The translations under genes were made by a program, and so were the position numbers. DNA of 64,000 nt. Source: a virus. Below the pieces are notes generated by a model. It saw only the letters and a list, made by a program, of their open reading frames with translations, was not told the origin of the DNA and ran no database searches. This document shows positions 1 to 8,372 of this stretch, piece after piece (position 1 is the stretch's first letter; every line of letters starts with the position of its first letter). The stretch lies in IMG/VR virus record IMGVR_UViG_3300028394_000034; one strand, 5' to 3'.

Positions 1-87
1 TAGAGAACAGGTGCCATTAGCACATTCACCAGCAAAAGAAGTTGAACCAACAATCATTAGAGCTACCACTAGAGCATACTTAATCAT
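1..87 (-). CDS. Partial small secreted protein (N-terminus only)
   Basis: ATG at 87 after AGGAGA RBS; MIKYALVVALMIVGSTSFAGECANGTCSL is signal-peptide-like and runs off the window. Confidence 0.5.
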   Translation of the reverse strand, partial: MIKYALVVALMIVGSTSFAGECANGTCSL

Positions 88-139
88 AAAATCTCTCCTG
101 TTAAAGTAATGTCGCATCCCTGCGACTGTCGTTTAACCT

Positions 140-167
140 ATAATAGTTTTGGAGGATTTGCGGTCAA
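140..167 (-). promoter_or_regulatory. sigma70-type early promoter
   Basis: TTGACC-16-TATTAT. Confidence 0.5.
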
Positions 168-203
168 GTTGCCACTTCTTACAATCTCACTGACTCCCGA
201 AAA

Positions 204-245
204 CTCGCTGACTATAACCACAAAAACCAAATCCCGCAGATTAGC
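204..245. repeat. Repeat family B copy 1 (42 bp)
   Basis: ctcgctgactataaccacaaaaaccaaatcccgcagattagc. Confidence 0.8.
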
Positions 246-391
246 TGATACTAACCTACCGGACTTAATTAGTAATTATTTAATAGTTGGAGGAGAACAA
301 TGACATGAGTAGTAATATAATGATACTAACGCTATCAATGCTATAACTCCACCAAGACCCCAATACAATAATTGATAATTCATAAATCACC

Positions 392-643
392 TCATTGGTT
401 AATTGTAAAAGTTTCTGTGTCTGCTTTATCGGTTTTTCCGATTTTATTCTTTCGCACTATTTTAGTAATGCGTCCACGACTGTCATCATGAGATGATTCT
501 AGGAAACATTTATCCTCATGATTGTCATGAAATCCTTTAAAGTGCCACTCATAGCTTCTTAGAATATCTTCTGGAGATGTAGAATGGTCATAAAGTTCAC
601 CTTCTACCTCAAAAGAAATTATTCTATGGAATTTTTTAGGCAT
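392..643 (-). CDS. Hypothetical protein
   Basis: ORF in minus-strand gene string; GAGGAG RBS; overlaps upstream gene. Confidence 0.6.
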   Translation of the reverse strand: MPKKFHRIISFEVEGELYDHSTSPEDILRSYEWHFKGFHDNHEDKCFLESSHDDSRGRITKIVRKNKIGKTDKADTETFTINQ

Positions 644-902
644 GATAATGCTCCTCTTCTGTGAGAGTAGCAGGCCCATTAAAATCTTCCCAATTTTCCA
701 CTAGCACTTCTGGTGCTTCTTTTCGTATCTCTGCTTCTAAGGCATAATTAGATTCTTTATCTTTTTCATGTTCAAGATAGTCTCTTAATCTATCTTTGAT
801 TTGCATGAAGTCTAATTCACCCAGAATCTGATCAATATACTTTCTTTGAACTTCCTTACGATTGTTCTCACTAACATATCTAGTACGCATATTACACCTC
901 AT
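636..902 (-). CDS. Hypothetical protein
   Basis: 88-aa ORF downstream of promoter 996-1024. Confidence 0.6.
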   Translation of the reverse strand: MRCNMRTRYVSENNRKEVQRKYIDQILGELDFMQIKDRLRDYLEHEKDKESNYALEAEIRKEAPEVLVENWEDFNGPATLTEEEHYHA

Positions 903-995
903 GGTTAAAAGTTAAAAACAACTCTTTGCCCATGATTCCACTAGTCCTGCATCTGTCTCACCACATGCTTGGCTACTGGCTTCGTTGACTATTGT

Positions 996-1024
996 ATTAT
1001 ACCAGAGAGAGGTGGTGGAGACAA
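996..1024 (-). promoter_or_regulatory. sigma70-type early promoter
   Basis: TTGTCT-17-TATAAT with TG extension. Confidence 0.6.
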
Positions 1025-1052
1025 ATACTATTTCTTATTTGGGCCGCATAAA

Positions 1053-1094
1053 CTCGCTGACTATAGCCACCTTCGCCAAATCTATAGTATTAGG
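1053..1094. repeat. Repeat family B copy 2
   Basis: ctcgctgactatagccaccttcgccaaatctatagtattagg. Confidence 0.75.
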
Positions 1095-1099
1095 TGAGA

Positions 1100-1291
1100 C
1101 TAAAAGCCAAGTCCTGTATCTTCATCATCCATATAATTATCTGCTATGAAATTAGTAAAATTTTCTTGCTGAATTGGTTTCTTAATAAAAACTATTTCTT
1201 CTTCGGTATTAAAAATAATATCACAAACTATACTTCCAATACCAATAAGAAATAAGAATAAGATGCCAACTAGTATGTAATAACCTTCCAT
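1100..1291 (-). CDS. Small membrane protein
   Basis: N-terminal hydrophobic helix YYILVGILFLFLIGIGSIVC. Confidence 0.55.
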   Translation of the reverse strand: MEGYYILVGILFLFLIGIGSIVCDIIFNTEEEIVFIKKPIQQENFTNFIADNYMDDEDTGLGF

Positions 1292-1400
1292 AAGATTTTT
1301 CTTTCTTGACAGACCCCCTTGGAAATGGTATATATTATGCAGGTGCGTATGATTAATAGAGTTAAGAAGTTAGAGAAGAGTATACTACAAGTAGTAGCTT

Positions 1401-1589
1401 CTATGATTCTAGAGTATCTACCTTAACAATATTCTCAGGACCTATCTCACCAAAAAACTCAGGGTCTTCATACATTTTAATATTTAGATAATTGCAAATC
1501 TCATTTCTGCTCAAGCATTCACAATCATCATTTGGTATGGCCAATTCCATTTGTATGGTAACAACCCGGATATTCTGATTTTTATTCAT
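1401..1589 (-). CDS. Hypothetical protein
   Basis: 62-aa ORF on the coding strand of the region. Confidence 0.5.
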   Translation of the reverse strand: MNKNQNIRVVTIQMELAIPNDDCECLSRNEICNYLNIKMYEDPEFFGEIGPENIVKVDTLES

Positions 1590-1730
1590 AGATATTTAGT
1601 TACTAAACCCCTGAGTTACTCCAAAGAAAATAGCGGCACAAAAGAAGATTCCAATCATAATGTTAATCCTAAGAAGAGGAAGTTGACCGCTCGCGCCATC
1701 GACCTTAGTATACCATATCGTCACATTCGA

Positions 1731-1759
1731 CGCAAATCCTTGAGACCAAACAACTTACA
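1731..1759. repeat. Lone family-A box
   Basis: cgcaaat-N15-acttaca. Confidence 0.6.
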
Positions 1760-1942
1760 ATACTAACTGATCTCTCACCGCCAGTTACTATTCTTTGACT
1801 ACCTCCTTTAATTTTTTAGTAATAGTATCGAAAGTTTTATGAACAGGCCCAGTAACAGTATAGTCACTCATATAAGCTTTGATAGCATCCATTAGTTTCC
1901 ATGCTTCTTGTTTTGTAATATCTATTTGCATTAATAGTCTCC

Positions 1943-2137
1943 TTAAAAATTCCTAATATCAATATCCCAATTACTCTTAGCAAATCGTCTAAGAGGATGA
2001 ATAGCCTTTTCACCAATATGTAGTGAATAAAATGGCTTACTCTTATCTGATGGATATAGTTTAGCAATACTACCATCACCATGTTCGATAGTAAAACCTA
2101 GCTTCTTAAACTTCCGCATGATCTTATCAATGTTCAT
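1943..2137 (-). CDS. HicA-like (dsRBD-fold) small protein
   Basis: MNIDKIMRKFKKLGFTIEHGDGSIAKLYP...YSLH resembles the HicA pattern (LxxxGF...GSH...P); canonical His appears as Ile. Confidence 0.4.
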   Translation of the reverse strand: MNIDKIMRKFKKLGFTIEHGDGSIAKLYPSDKSKPFYSLHIGEKAIHPLRRFAKSNWDIDIRNF

Positions 2138-2139
2138 CT

Positions 2140-2337
2140 TTAGTTCTCCAGAAGGTCAGGATAATAATCAACAATCTGTTCTTCCAACATCTTATTAGTC
2201 AACCCACTCTTATTATCCACAAGCATCTGATAAGCAAAAGTATACAGAGTATTAAAGTCCATATCATCTAAAAGCCTATGGCAATAGACTGTTGTAATAT
2301 CACCCCTATTCTCATCAGTAATCTTAGAGCAACTCAT
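2140..2337 (-). CDS. Hypothetical protein
   Basis: Resembles neighbour 2324-2542 (MDFNTL/MDMGTL ... LTNKML/MTNKEL): likely tandem paralogs. Confidence 0.55.
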   Translation of the reverse strand: MSCSKITDENRGDITTVYCHRLLDDMDFNTLYTFAYQMLVDNKSGLTNKMLEEQIVDYYPDLLEN

Positions 2338-2542
2338 TATTAGTCTCCAATACTTGTGGGTTATATTCACTAAATAACTTTTTCAACTCTTTATTAGTCA
2401 TACTAGATAATTTATTCTCAATACCCTCCCTAACAATACTCCTAAGAGTACCCATATCCATCTGATCCACAACAGATTCAGCATGTTTTGATATGAGAAA
2501 ATTCCTGGTATTATTATCTACCTTAATTTTTTCTTTCTGCAT
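2324..2542 (-). CDS. Hypothetical protein
   Basis: GGAGA RBS; paralog-like to 2140-2337. Confidence 0.6.
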   Translation of the reverse strand: MQKEKIKVDNNTRNFLISKHAESVVDQMDMGTLRSIVREGIENKLSSMTNKELKKLFSEYNPQVLETNNELL

Positions 2543-2573
2543 AAATATCTCCTGCCCAAAGGGGTCTGGAATT

Positions 2574-2614
2574 CTCGCTGACTATCGCCACGACCGCAAT
2601 TCTGAAGGATAAGC
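2574..2614. repeat. Repeat family B copy 3 (41 bp)
   Basis: ctcgctgactatcgccacgaccgcaattctgaaggataagc. Confidence 0.7.
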
Positions 2615-2708
2615 TGGTACAGAAGATAGGTCACAAATAAACTGATGATTAATCTCTTTATCACCACTTATATCAATCTGGCTGTTCATAAGTCAAATAT
2701 GATTTTAA

Positions 2709-2737
2709 CGTAAGTCCTTACCAGCACACCACTTACG
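2709..2737. repeat. Lone family-A box
   Basis: cgtaagt-N15-acttacg, perfect arms. Confidence 0.8.
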
Positions 2738-2803
2738 TCTCATTGTATCGTCACTTACGTCAAGTGTCTACACCCTAAGTACGAGATTCTTTGACAAACT
2801 TTC

Positions 2804-2885
2804 CGTAAGTCGTTGGTACCAAATAACTTACAAAAATCGCGGCGGGCCGGGTTTTCCCTAAGTGCTTTATTGATAAGGGTTTACG
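2804..2885. repeat. Family-A 82-bp composite palindrome A1
   Basis: cgtaagt-N15-acttaca, 24-nt GC linker, cctaagt-N15-gtttacg. Confidence 0.9.
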
Positions 2886-2903
2886 TCAAGTGGTCTAGGT
2901 ACA

Positions 2904-2943
2904 AAAAAAGAACCGCCACCCATTGCTGAGTGGCGGCTCCCAA
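2904..2943 (-). terminator. Rho-independent terminator after DUF932 gene
   Basis: gagccgccactca-gcaa-tgggtggcggttc followed by T7 on the minus strand. Confidence 0.85.
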
Positions 2944-2964
2944 GTCAACCCCCATTGCGAGGGA

Positions 2965-3918
2965 TTAGAGTGCCTGAGCGAACTCCATAGCCTTCTCCAA
3001 CGCTTTCGTGTTGTCGTTGGCGTTGAGTCCGAACCACAGGCTGTCGAGACGGTTATCTTCCGTTCGACCCTTGTTGTAATTCAGATACTCGTTGTAGCCG
3101 TTGTACGCGGCCCACCAAGTTCCACGAACACCCGTCGCACTCTGCTTCGGGCCTTCGACCAGATTCAGAATCTCGTCCATAATATTACGGGTACGAGTCT
3201 TGATCTGATCGTCCGGCGTACCGTCAATGTCGAGCATCGCCTTGACATAGCGACGAACGTCGGCCTGATTGAAATTCTTGGACGCAAGGAATTTGAACTG
3301 CTCCGCAGTCGCTTCAAACTCCATGTTGATGTTGTCCATAATATCTCGCACATTTTCCAGATTGGTCTTGCTGGAACGGGTGTGACGAATACGAATCAGC
3401 TTGGAACCACTGCTCTTGCTATGGGCCATTGCCATAGTATTAGCACACACAACGCGGATCGGCGTATAGCCAACCCGAATAGCAGTCGTGCCATCGTGCG
3501 AGTTGCTGAGAAGAATAAACTTCCCAACCTCGTCACCCTTCACGATCTCGCTATTGTCGCGGTTCAGTTGGGCCAGCACCCAAACCTTCTGACCGCTGTG
3601 GAGCGAACCAGCAGTATGCAACGCACACTCGCCAGCGTCCAGAAACGGCTGGAACCAATCGAACGCTTCGCTGTTTTGCAGCGGAGTGTATCGTGGGCCG
3701 ACAACGCCCAGAATACTATCGTCGGTCTTGCGATAGGTTGCACGAGCCGGAACGGGTTGATTCGTTTCCAGCGTGATCAAATCTCGCAGACCAACTTCCC
3801 AATCCAAACCGGCGGCAGTCATCGCCTCCGAAACCGTGGGAGCCTCGTCGAGCTTGTTGCCCAAACCGTGCCACGGGGTCGCACCAACAAACATCATCTG
3901 TTCAACTGCATGAGCCAT
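2965..3918 (-). CDS. DUF932-family phage/plasmid protein
   Basis: PWHGLG, LDWEV, GVVGPRYTPLQN, TAGSL..G.KVWVLA, SHDGT.A, PIRVVCANT, H(T) motifs typical of DUF932; start refined to MAHAVE. Confidence 0.85.
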   Translation of the reverse strand: MAHAVEQMMFVGATPWHGLGNKLDEAPTVSEAMTAAGLDWEVGLRDLITLETNQPVPARATYRKTDDSILGVVGPRYTPLQNSEAFDWFQPFLDAGECALHTAGSLHSGQKVWVLAQLNRDNSEIVKGDEVGKFILLSNSHDGTTAIRVGYTPIRVVCANTMAMAHSKSSGSKLIRIRHTRSSKTNLENVRDIMDNINMEFEATAEQFKFLASKNFNQADVRRYVKAMLDIDGTPDDQIKTRTRNIMDEILNLVEGPKQSATGVRGTWWAAYNGYNEYLNYNKGRTEDNRLDSLWFGLNANDNTKALEKAMEFAQAL

Positions 3919-3961
3919 AATCATCCCTTTCGTGTTACTGTTCAATCGTTCTACTCCACTC

Positions 3962-3990
3962 ATTCTACAGTATGTTATCGTCACTGTCAA
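3962..3990 (-). promoter_or_regulatory. sigma70-type early promoter
   Basis: TTGACA-17(CGATA)-TAGAAT. Confidence 0.85.
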
Positions 3991-4018
3991 GCGAAAACTT
4001 TGGAAAAATTCTTTTTGC

Positions 4019-4100
4019 CGTAAGTCGTTGGTGTGTAAGCACTTGCGTCAAACGCGGCCGGCCGACCTTTCCCTAAGTCTAATCAGGATAAGGGTTTACG
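4019..4100. repeat. Family-A element A2
   Basis: Same 29+24+29 layout; box 2 overlaps the 3' end of the PRTase ORF. Confidence 0.9.
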
Positions 4101-4618
4101 TAAGGGTTTAGAATAACTGTCCCAAACTGCTTCTCAAAAAGTTTAGAATTGGAAGCATTGTAGGCACACTCCTCACCCATGTAGAAATATGCACCAATAC
4201 ACTTTGCTCGTGGAACATCATCATGAATATTATTCATAATGCGTTTGATTGTGCCGCCCGAACAAATCAGATCATCTAAAATAACATAATTAGATGGAGC
4301 AACACCTTCAATAAAAAATTCACTATATCGTCGCTCACCTTTACGAACAACAATAATATTCTTATTTAGAATCTCTGCAATCTGTGGCACTACCATAAGA
4401 CCACTCACCCCACAGCAGGCGATACTATCAAAATCTTTTTCTATCTTACGCAGAGAACAGATAGCCTTGATAATCACACTATTTCTATATTTGTGATTTA
4501 ATACTCTACTAGTATGAGCAGCACCTTGAATGATCTTACCATCTGGGGTACGACGAAAATCATCAAGCTCTTGCTGGAAAGCGTTCATAAAAGTGTGTGG
4601 CCGGATTTGAACCGACAA
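4079..4618 (-). CDS. Type I phosphoribosyltransferase-domain protein
   Basis: PRPP-binding loop YVILDDLICSGGT; IIVVRK. Confidence 0.8.
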   Translation of the reverse strand: MSVQIRPHTFMNAFQQELDDFRRTPDGKIIQGAAHTSRVLNHKYRNSVIIKAICSLRKIEKDFDSIACCGVSGLMVVPQIAEILNKNIIVVRKGERRYSEFFIEGVAPSNYVILDDLICSGGTIKRIMNNIHDDVPRAKCIGAYFYMGEECAYNASNSKLFEKQFGTVILNPYVNPYPD

Positions 4619-4680
4619 TCCCGAGAAGAAGAAAGGAATAAAGAATAGGGTCTAGTCCCACCTAGAAGCACACACAAAAA

Positions 4681-4863
4681 TCAATCTTGTTCATCTTCAA
4701 TACTAGGATAGTAATTCCTACCATATGAAGGAACCTCATCATCTTCCTCAGAATCTTCATAACCATCCATCCAAGGTTCTTCGTCCAGACCAAGATCCTC
4801 GGTATTTTCTACCAATTCATCGTAGTCATAATTATAACCATCGTAGTGATCTTCATATCTCAT
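4681..4863 (-). CDS. Highly acidic small protein
   Basis: About 24 of 60 residues D/E (hand count); own promoter. Confidence 0.6.
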   Translation of the reverse strand: MRYEDHYDGYNYDYDELVENTEDLGLDEEPWMDGYEDSEEDDEVPSYGRNYYPSIEDEQD

Positions 4864-4885
4864 AATCATTCCCTTTCTTACCTCT

Positions 4886-4914
4886 ATTCTACACCAACAA
4901 TCAACAACTGTCAA
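4886..4914 (-). promoter_or_regulatory. sigma70-type early promoter
   Basis: TTGACA-17-TAGAAT. Confidence 0.85.
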
Positions 4915-4915
4915 G

Positions 4916-4988
4916 TGGGCCCTCGGGGATTTGAACCCCGAACCTAAGAGTTAAAAGCTCCTTGCTCTGCCAATTGAGCTAAAGGCCC
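4916..4988 (-). tRNA. tRNA-Lys(UUU)
   Basis: Cloverleaf; loop CTTTTAA; GTTCAAAT T-loop. Confidence 0.9.
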
Positions 4989-4994
4989 ATCTAG

Positions 4995-5168
4995 TTATTC
5001 GTTTACGGTAATTTCCTCGTAAGAATAACTTTGGACACTCTCGGTTGTAAAATCATAGAGCTTATCGAATACATCCGACCATTCAAAATCCTCTTGCATG
5101 GATAGTTGAATGTCTGCCAGAGTTTTACCATCCTCGGTCACAATGTCGTAGATACGAAGATTCTTCAT
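4995..5168 (-). CDS. Hypothetical protein
   Basis: MKNLRIYDI..., AAGGA RBS, behind promoter 5192-5220. Confidence 0.6.
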   Translation of the reverse strand: MKNLRIYDIVTEDGKTLADIQLSMQEDFEWSDVFDKLYDFTTESVQSYSYEEITVNE

Positions 5169-5191
5169 ACAGTTTCCTTTCTTGTTCCAAC

Positions 5192-5220
5192 AGTCTACCA
5201 TACCAATATCGTCCTGTCAA
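5192..5220 (-). promoter_or_regulatory. sigma70-type early promoter
   Basis: TTGACA-17(CGATA)-TAGACT. Confidence 0.8.
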
Positions 5221-5239
5221 CACCCAAAACTTTAGGATT

Positions 5240-5281
5240 CTCGCTGACTATTCCCACAGCTTCCAAATCCGCAGGATTAGC
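5240..5281. repeat. Repeat family B copy 4
   Basis: ctcgctgactattcccacagcttccaaatccgcaggattagc. Confidence 0.85.
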
Positions 5282-5290
5282 AGAAACAAA

Positions 5291-5362
5291 TGACCCCACG
5301 GAGAATCGAACTCCGATCTCCACCGTGAAAGGGTGGCGTACTAGCCGTTATACAATGGGGCC
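5291..5362 (-). tRNA. tRNA-Glu(UUC)
   Basis: Anticodon arm ccacc-CTTTCAC-ggtgg. Confidence 0.9.
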
Positions 5363-5400
5363 ACACTCGCAACTCAACATCAGCCTCCGATTCTTAAAAG

Positions 5401-5485
5401 CGGCTGGAACAGGATTCGAACCTGTGGAGGATTTCTCCTCGTCGGTTTAGTAAACCGGTGCATTAGACCGCTCTGCCATCCAGCC
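5401..5485 (-). tRNA. tRNA-Ser body with ACU anticodon
   Basis: Class II tRNA, long variable arm, G73; anticodon arm ccggt-TTACTAA-accga. Confidence 0.8.
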
Positions 5486-5489
5486 AAAA

Positions 5490-5561
5490 CTGCCCCGGTA
5501 GGATTCGAACCTACAACCTCGATGTTAACAGCATCTTGCACAACCGTTGTGCTACAGGGCA
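5490..5561 (-). tRNA. tRNA-Asn(GUU)
   Basis: Loop CTGTTAA; G73. Confidence 0.9.
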
Positions 5562-5896
5562 TCATGTATTTCTTTATGACAGTTAGAGCATACTAAAATG
5601 CACTTGTCTGCCTCTTCTTTCATTCTATCTAGTTTTAATGTATTGCCAGTGCTTCCAATCCCAAAGTCTTTCTTAGATGGGTCTAAGTGATGAAACTCTA
5701 ATGCGGCTAGACATTTGTTATATCCGCACCTCTCACACTTACCTCCTTTATATTCAACTAATAATGATTTGACTTTTCTTCTTCTTTTAGATACGGCATC
5801 TGAGCGACATTTTGTACAGCGATATGCACCACGACCCTCAAGCACATACTTGCATGAGCCGTGTGTTTTACACTGTTTTTCTATATATTTTTCCAT
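5552..5896 (-). CDS. HNH endonuclease (homing-type) inside the tRNA cluster
   Basis: GGKCERCGY..C..ALEFHH...KCILVCSNCHKEIH. Confidence 0.85.
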   Translation of the reverse strand: MEKYIEKQCKTHGSCKYVLEGRGAYRCTKCRSDAVSKRRRKVKSLLVEYKGGKCERCGYNKCLAALEFHHLDPSKKDFGIGSTGNTLKLDRMKEEADKCILVCSNCHKEIHDAL

Positions 5897-5913
5897 GGTA
5901 TAACTCCGGTTGT

Positions 5914-5931
5914 TATACCATTTAATACACC
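5914..5931 (-). promoter_or_regulatory. Putative phage late promoter for HNH
   Basis: GGTGTAT-N7-TATA, same motif as upstream of structural genes. Confidence 0.55.
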
Positions 5932-5937
5932 AAATAA

Positions 5938-6008
5938 TTCCGGGACTAGGATTCGAACCCAGACAAAGAGAACCAAAATCTCTGGTGCTACCGTTACACT
6001 ATCCCGGA
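5938..6008 (-). tRNA. tRNA-Gln(UUG)
   Basis: agaga-TTTTGGT-tctct. Confidence 0.9.
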
Positions 6009-6009
6009 G

Positions 6010-6081
6010 AGCCGACAACAGGACTTGAACCTGTAACCTACTGATTACAAATCAGTGGCTCTACCATTGAGCTATGTCGGC
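6010..6081 (-). tRNA. tRNA-Thr(UGU)
   Basis: actga-TTTGTAA-tcagt. Confidence 0.9.
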
Positions 6082-6097
6082 AGTCTATGTATTATAA

Positions 6098-6286
6098 TCA
6101 ATAGTCTCCATAATCGCAAGCCCTACGCTTTTCAGCGGATCGGGTTCGCAGACGCTTGGGGCGATTGTCCATAATAGTATTGCGGTGTTCCTTGTGACCC
6201 GTAGGAACTTGCCACTGCGGCCTGACCTTGATCTTGATATGGTTGCGGCGTGGTCTGGTATCGTCGTTGTTGTGGAGCGTAATCAT
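6098..6286 (-). CDS. Small basic hypothetical protein
   Basis: Arg/Lys-rich ...DNRPKRLRTR; overlaps the 6132 ORF in another frame. Confidence 0.45.
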   Translation of the reverse strand: MITLHNNDDTRPRRNHIKIKVRPQWQVPTGHKEHRNTIMDNRPKRLRTRSAEKRRACDYGDY

Positions 6287-6557
6287 GCCATTGTCCGTTT
6301 TCGTGTAGGTAAAAAACTTTGTCAATATTAGGGTCGTAAGCCATCAGACAGTATTGTACCGGATAAGTTGGTTTTGTCAATACCTGTTTTTGTTGAGAGG
6401 GATGACGCAGTGGCGGAATTTTAATATCACCTTTTTGATAATCTTTTACACCAGTATACGCCAAACCAACAATCGTAATCAGAATCCCGATCCATTGTAT
6501 CATAATCTCAGTCCTTGTCAATATCCTTCTCGTTCTCATATCTATATTATCGACCAA
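6132..6557 (-). CDS. Membrane-anchored hypothetical protein
   Basis: TM segment WIGILITIVGLAY; Q/Y/P-rich tail. Confidence 0.55.
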   Translation of the reverse strand: MVDNIDMRTRRILTRTEIMIQWIGILITIVGLAYTGVKDYQKGDIKIPPLRHPSQQKQVLTKPTYPVQYCLMAYDPNIDKVFYLHENGQWHDYAPQQRRYQTTPQPYQDQGQAAVASSYGSQGTPQYYYGQSPQASANPIR

Positions 6558-6593
6558 CCACCACCAAATACTTTAGAAGTTTTTTGGAATTTC

Positions 6594-6675
6594 TCTAAGT
6601 CCTTATGCTGCAACAACTTACGTCAAAACCGGGCGGCCCCGCTTGCCCTAAGTGCTTACGCACCAAGGGTTTGCG
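6594..6675. repeat. Family-A element A3
   Basis: 29+24+29 layout. Confidence 0.9.
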
Positions 6676-6682
6676 GCGAGTC

Positions 6683-6913
6683 TTATTCAATACTCCATCC
6701 TGCGTCTTTTAGAATATGGCTAGTATGCAACACACAAGTTTTACCATCAGCATTTTTATAGTCTCTATATCCACGCTCATCAAGATAGATATACTCATCT
6801 AGTGTATCATTTTCATTTGTTTCCCAGATAGCATCCATAGCAGCATATCGTGGAGCCTTATCACAAGAGTAAATTAGTTCCAGAGTTCCACACTTGATAT
6901 AGTATTTGCTCAT
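6683..6913 (-). CDS. Hypothetical protein
   Basis: TAATG-coupled to the upstream kinase-like gene. Confidence 0.6.
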   Translation of the reverse strand: MSKYYIKCGTLELIYSCDKAPRYAAMDAIWETNENDTLDEYIYLDERGYRDYKNADGKTCVLHTSHILKDAGWSIE

Positions 6914-7506
6914 TATTGTTCCTCCCGGAACTTTTGACATAGAACACAATTACATCCCCCGTAATCATCAAACTCGACAGCATCATCAGCATCATAATCA
7001 AACTTCCCATAAATATCTTCATCCCATTCAGTAAAACTCTCAATACCAAGATCGATAACAACCGCTACCCATTTTCCCTTGCGTCGAATATAACCAAAAT
7101 TACCACTATGGGCATCATTATAGTCTAATCCGTGTTCACTCAAATCATGAACTACTTCAGAGATAGCAGTACCGTTTTTACATTCAGACCACTGAAAACA
7201 ATCACCAGAACAATCTTCATCATTACACTCTGGCATAGGCCGAGCAACTTCGGTCAAATAACCATAAAAAGTCATTTCGCCATCATGTTTACGAATAAAA
7301 CCAACATCCCCATATACCATAGGGGCCAAATCAAACTGAGCCAGATGCTTTTGAACCCGATGGGCAAACTTAGCTTCCTGCTCATTCTCAAACTCTTTGA
7401 AGCCCACACGCTTCCGGCCAATCTTTTTATCTTTGATAATATAGAAAGCGTTCTTGCTTCCTGCATCATCATACAATCCAACGTAGCTCATTTTTATTCC
7501 TTTCAA
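6913..7506 (-). CDS. Protein kinase-like/APH-fold protein
   Basis: VGFK..F...EA (K/E pair), catalytic loop DAHSGN, VVIDLG (DFG-like). Confidence 0.65.
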   Translation of the reverse strand: MKGIKMSYVGLYDDAGSKNAFYIIKDKKIGRKRVGFKEFENEQEAKFAHRVQKHLAQFDLAPMVYGDVGFIRKHDGEMTFYGYLTEVARPMPECNDEDCSGDCFQWSECKNGTAISEVVHDLSEHGLDYNDAHSGNFGYIRRKGKWVAVVIDLGIESFTEWDEDIYGKFDYDADDAVEFDDYGGCNCVLCQKFREEQ

Positions 7507-8207
7507 TGGGCTGGAAACAAGACATTAGCTAAACCACGAACACACAAGTCACATGATATACTATCTTTGGTTCCGGTGCAAGTGATTTCTGCACGACCAC
7601 GACGGATTTCGGGGCATACCACAAACTTTGTAGCATTGAGAACAACCAGCTTGGGCAGTGCTTTTCGCCATGCTTCGGCCTTGACTTTGCTCTTAGGACG
7701 CTTGGGAGCAACTTTCATGTCACTATCGCACCATGCAAACAACTTGAAACCTTGTGCCAATGCTTCGCCCATATCATTATCGTCATGCACACTAGCATAT
7801 ACATTCATATACTTTTCCAGACTCACAAGCCGAGCATCGTAGATATGAGTATAAAACCACATATCGGGCAAAGTATTACCATCGGCCAGAATACTCTCAC
7901 AAGCCCATGTTACATTCGCAACATAGTCTAGGTCAAGTTCTCCATTGAGAAACCAGTCGCCACGTTCATGCCAGCGAATAGACTTCTCACGACGCTTTGC
8001 TTCCAGAATCATAGCACGGATTTTATTCTTCTCCGTGATAACATTAGCAAACCCGGCAGTACGAGCATTTTTATACTGATTCTCGGTCGCTTCGGCATAA
8101 CAGCCGTTACCAAGATAGTCACAATCGGGAGGACAAGTATCGCCAACCGGACGCGAAACTACAATACAACCCTTACCCAACTTATCATTACCATCAGCAG
8201 TTTTCAT
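7503..8207 (-). CDS. Gp88-like Cys-rich phage protein
   Basis: GN.KLG, TCPPDC..CYA, IRWHERGD, WFYTH, YASV, CPE..ITC..CDLC..VLFPAH. Confidence 0.65.
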   Translation of the reverse strand: MKTADGNDKLGKGCIVVSRPVGDTCPPDCDYLGNGCYAEATENQYKNARTAGFANVITEKNKIRAMILEAKRREKSIRWHERGDWFLNGELDLDYVANVTWACESILADGNTLPDMWFYTHIYDARLVSLEKYMNVYASVHDDNDMGEALAQGFKLFAWCDSDMKVAPKRPKSKVKAEAWRKALPKLVVLNATKFVVCPEIRRGRAEITCTGTKDSISCDLCVRGLANVLFPAH

Positions 8208-8228
8208 GTTCTTCTCCTGTGTCTACCG

Positions 8229-8257
8229 ATTCTACACTATAGTATCGGCATAGTCAA
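8229..8257 (-). promoter_or_regulatory. sigma70-type early promoter
   Basis: TTGACT-17(CGATA)-TAGAAT. Confidence 0.85.
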
Positions 8258-8285
8258 GCGAAAAACTTGGAAAAATTATTCTTGA

Positions 8286-8367
8286 TGCAAGTCGTTGGTA
8301 GATAAGGACTTACGACGAACCGGGGCGGCCGGACTTGTCCTAAGTGCTTATGCAGTAAGGGTTTATG
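8286..8367. repeat. Family-A element A4
   Basis: 29+24+29 layout; 5 nt from the tRNA-Arg 3' end. Confidence 0.9.
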
Positions 8368-8372
8368 ACAAA

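Noticed and set aside
1307-1335. Plus-strand TTGACA-17-TATATA promoter
   Set aside because: Only a 25-aa ORF follows; no support for a gene, though an antisense role cannot be excluded
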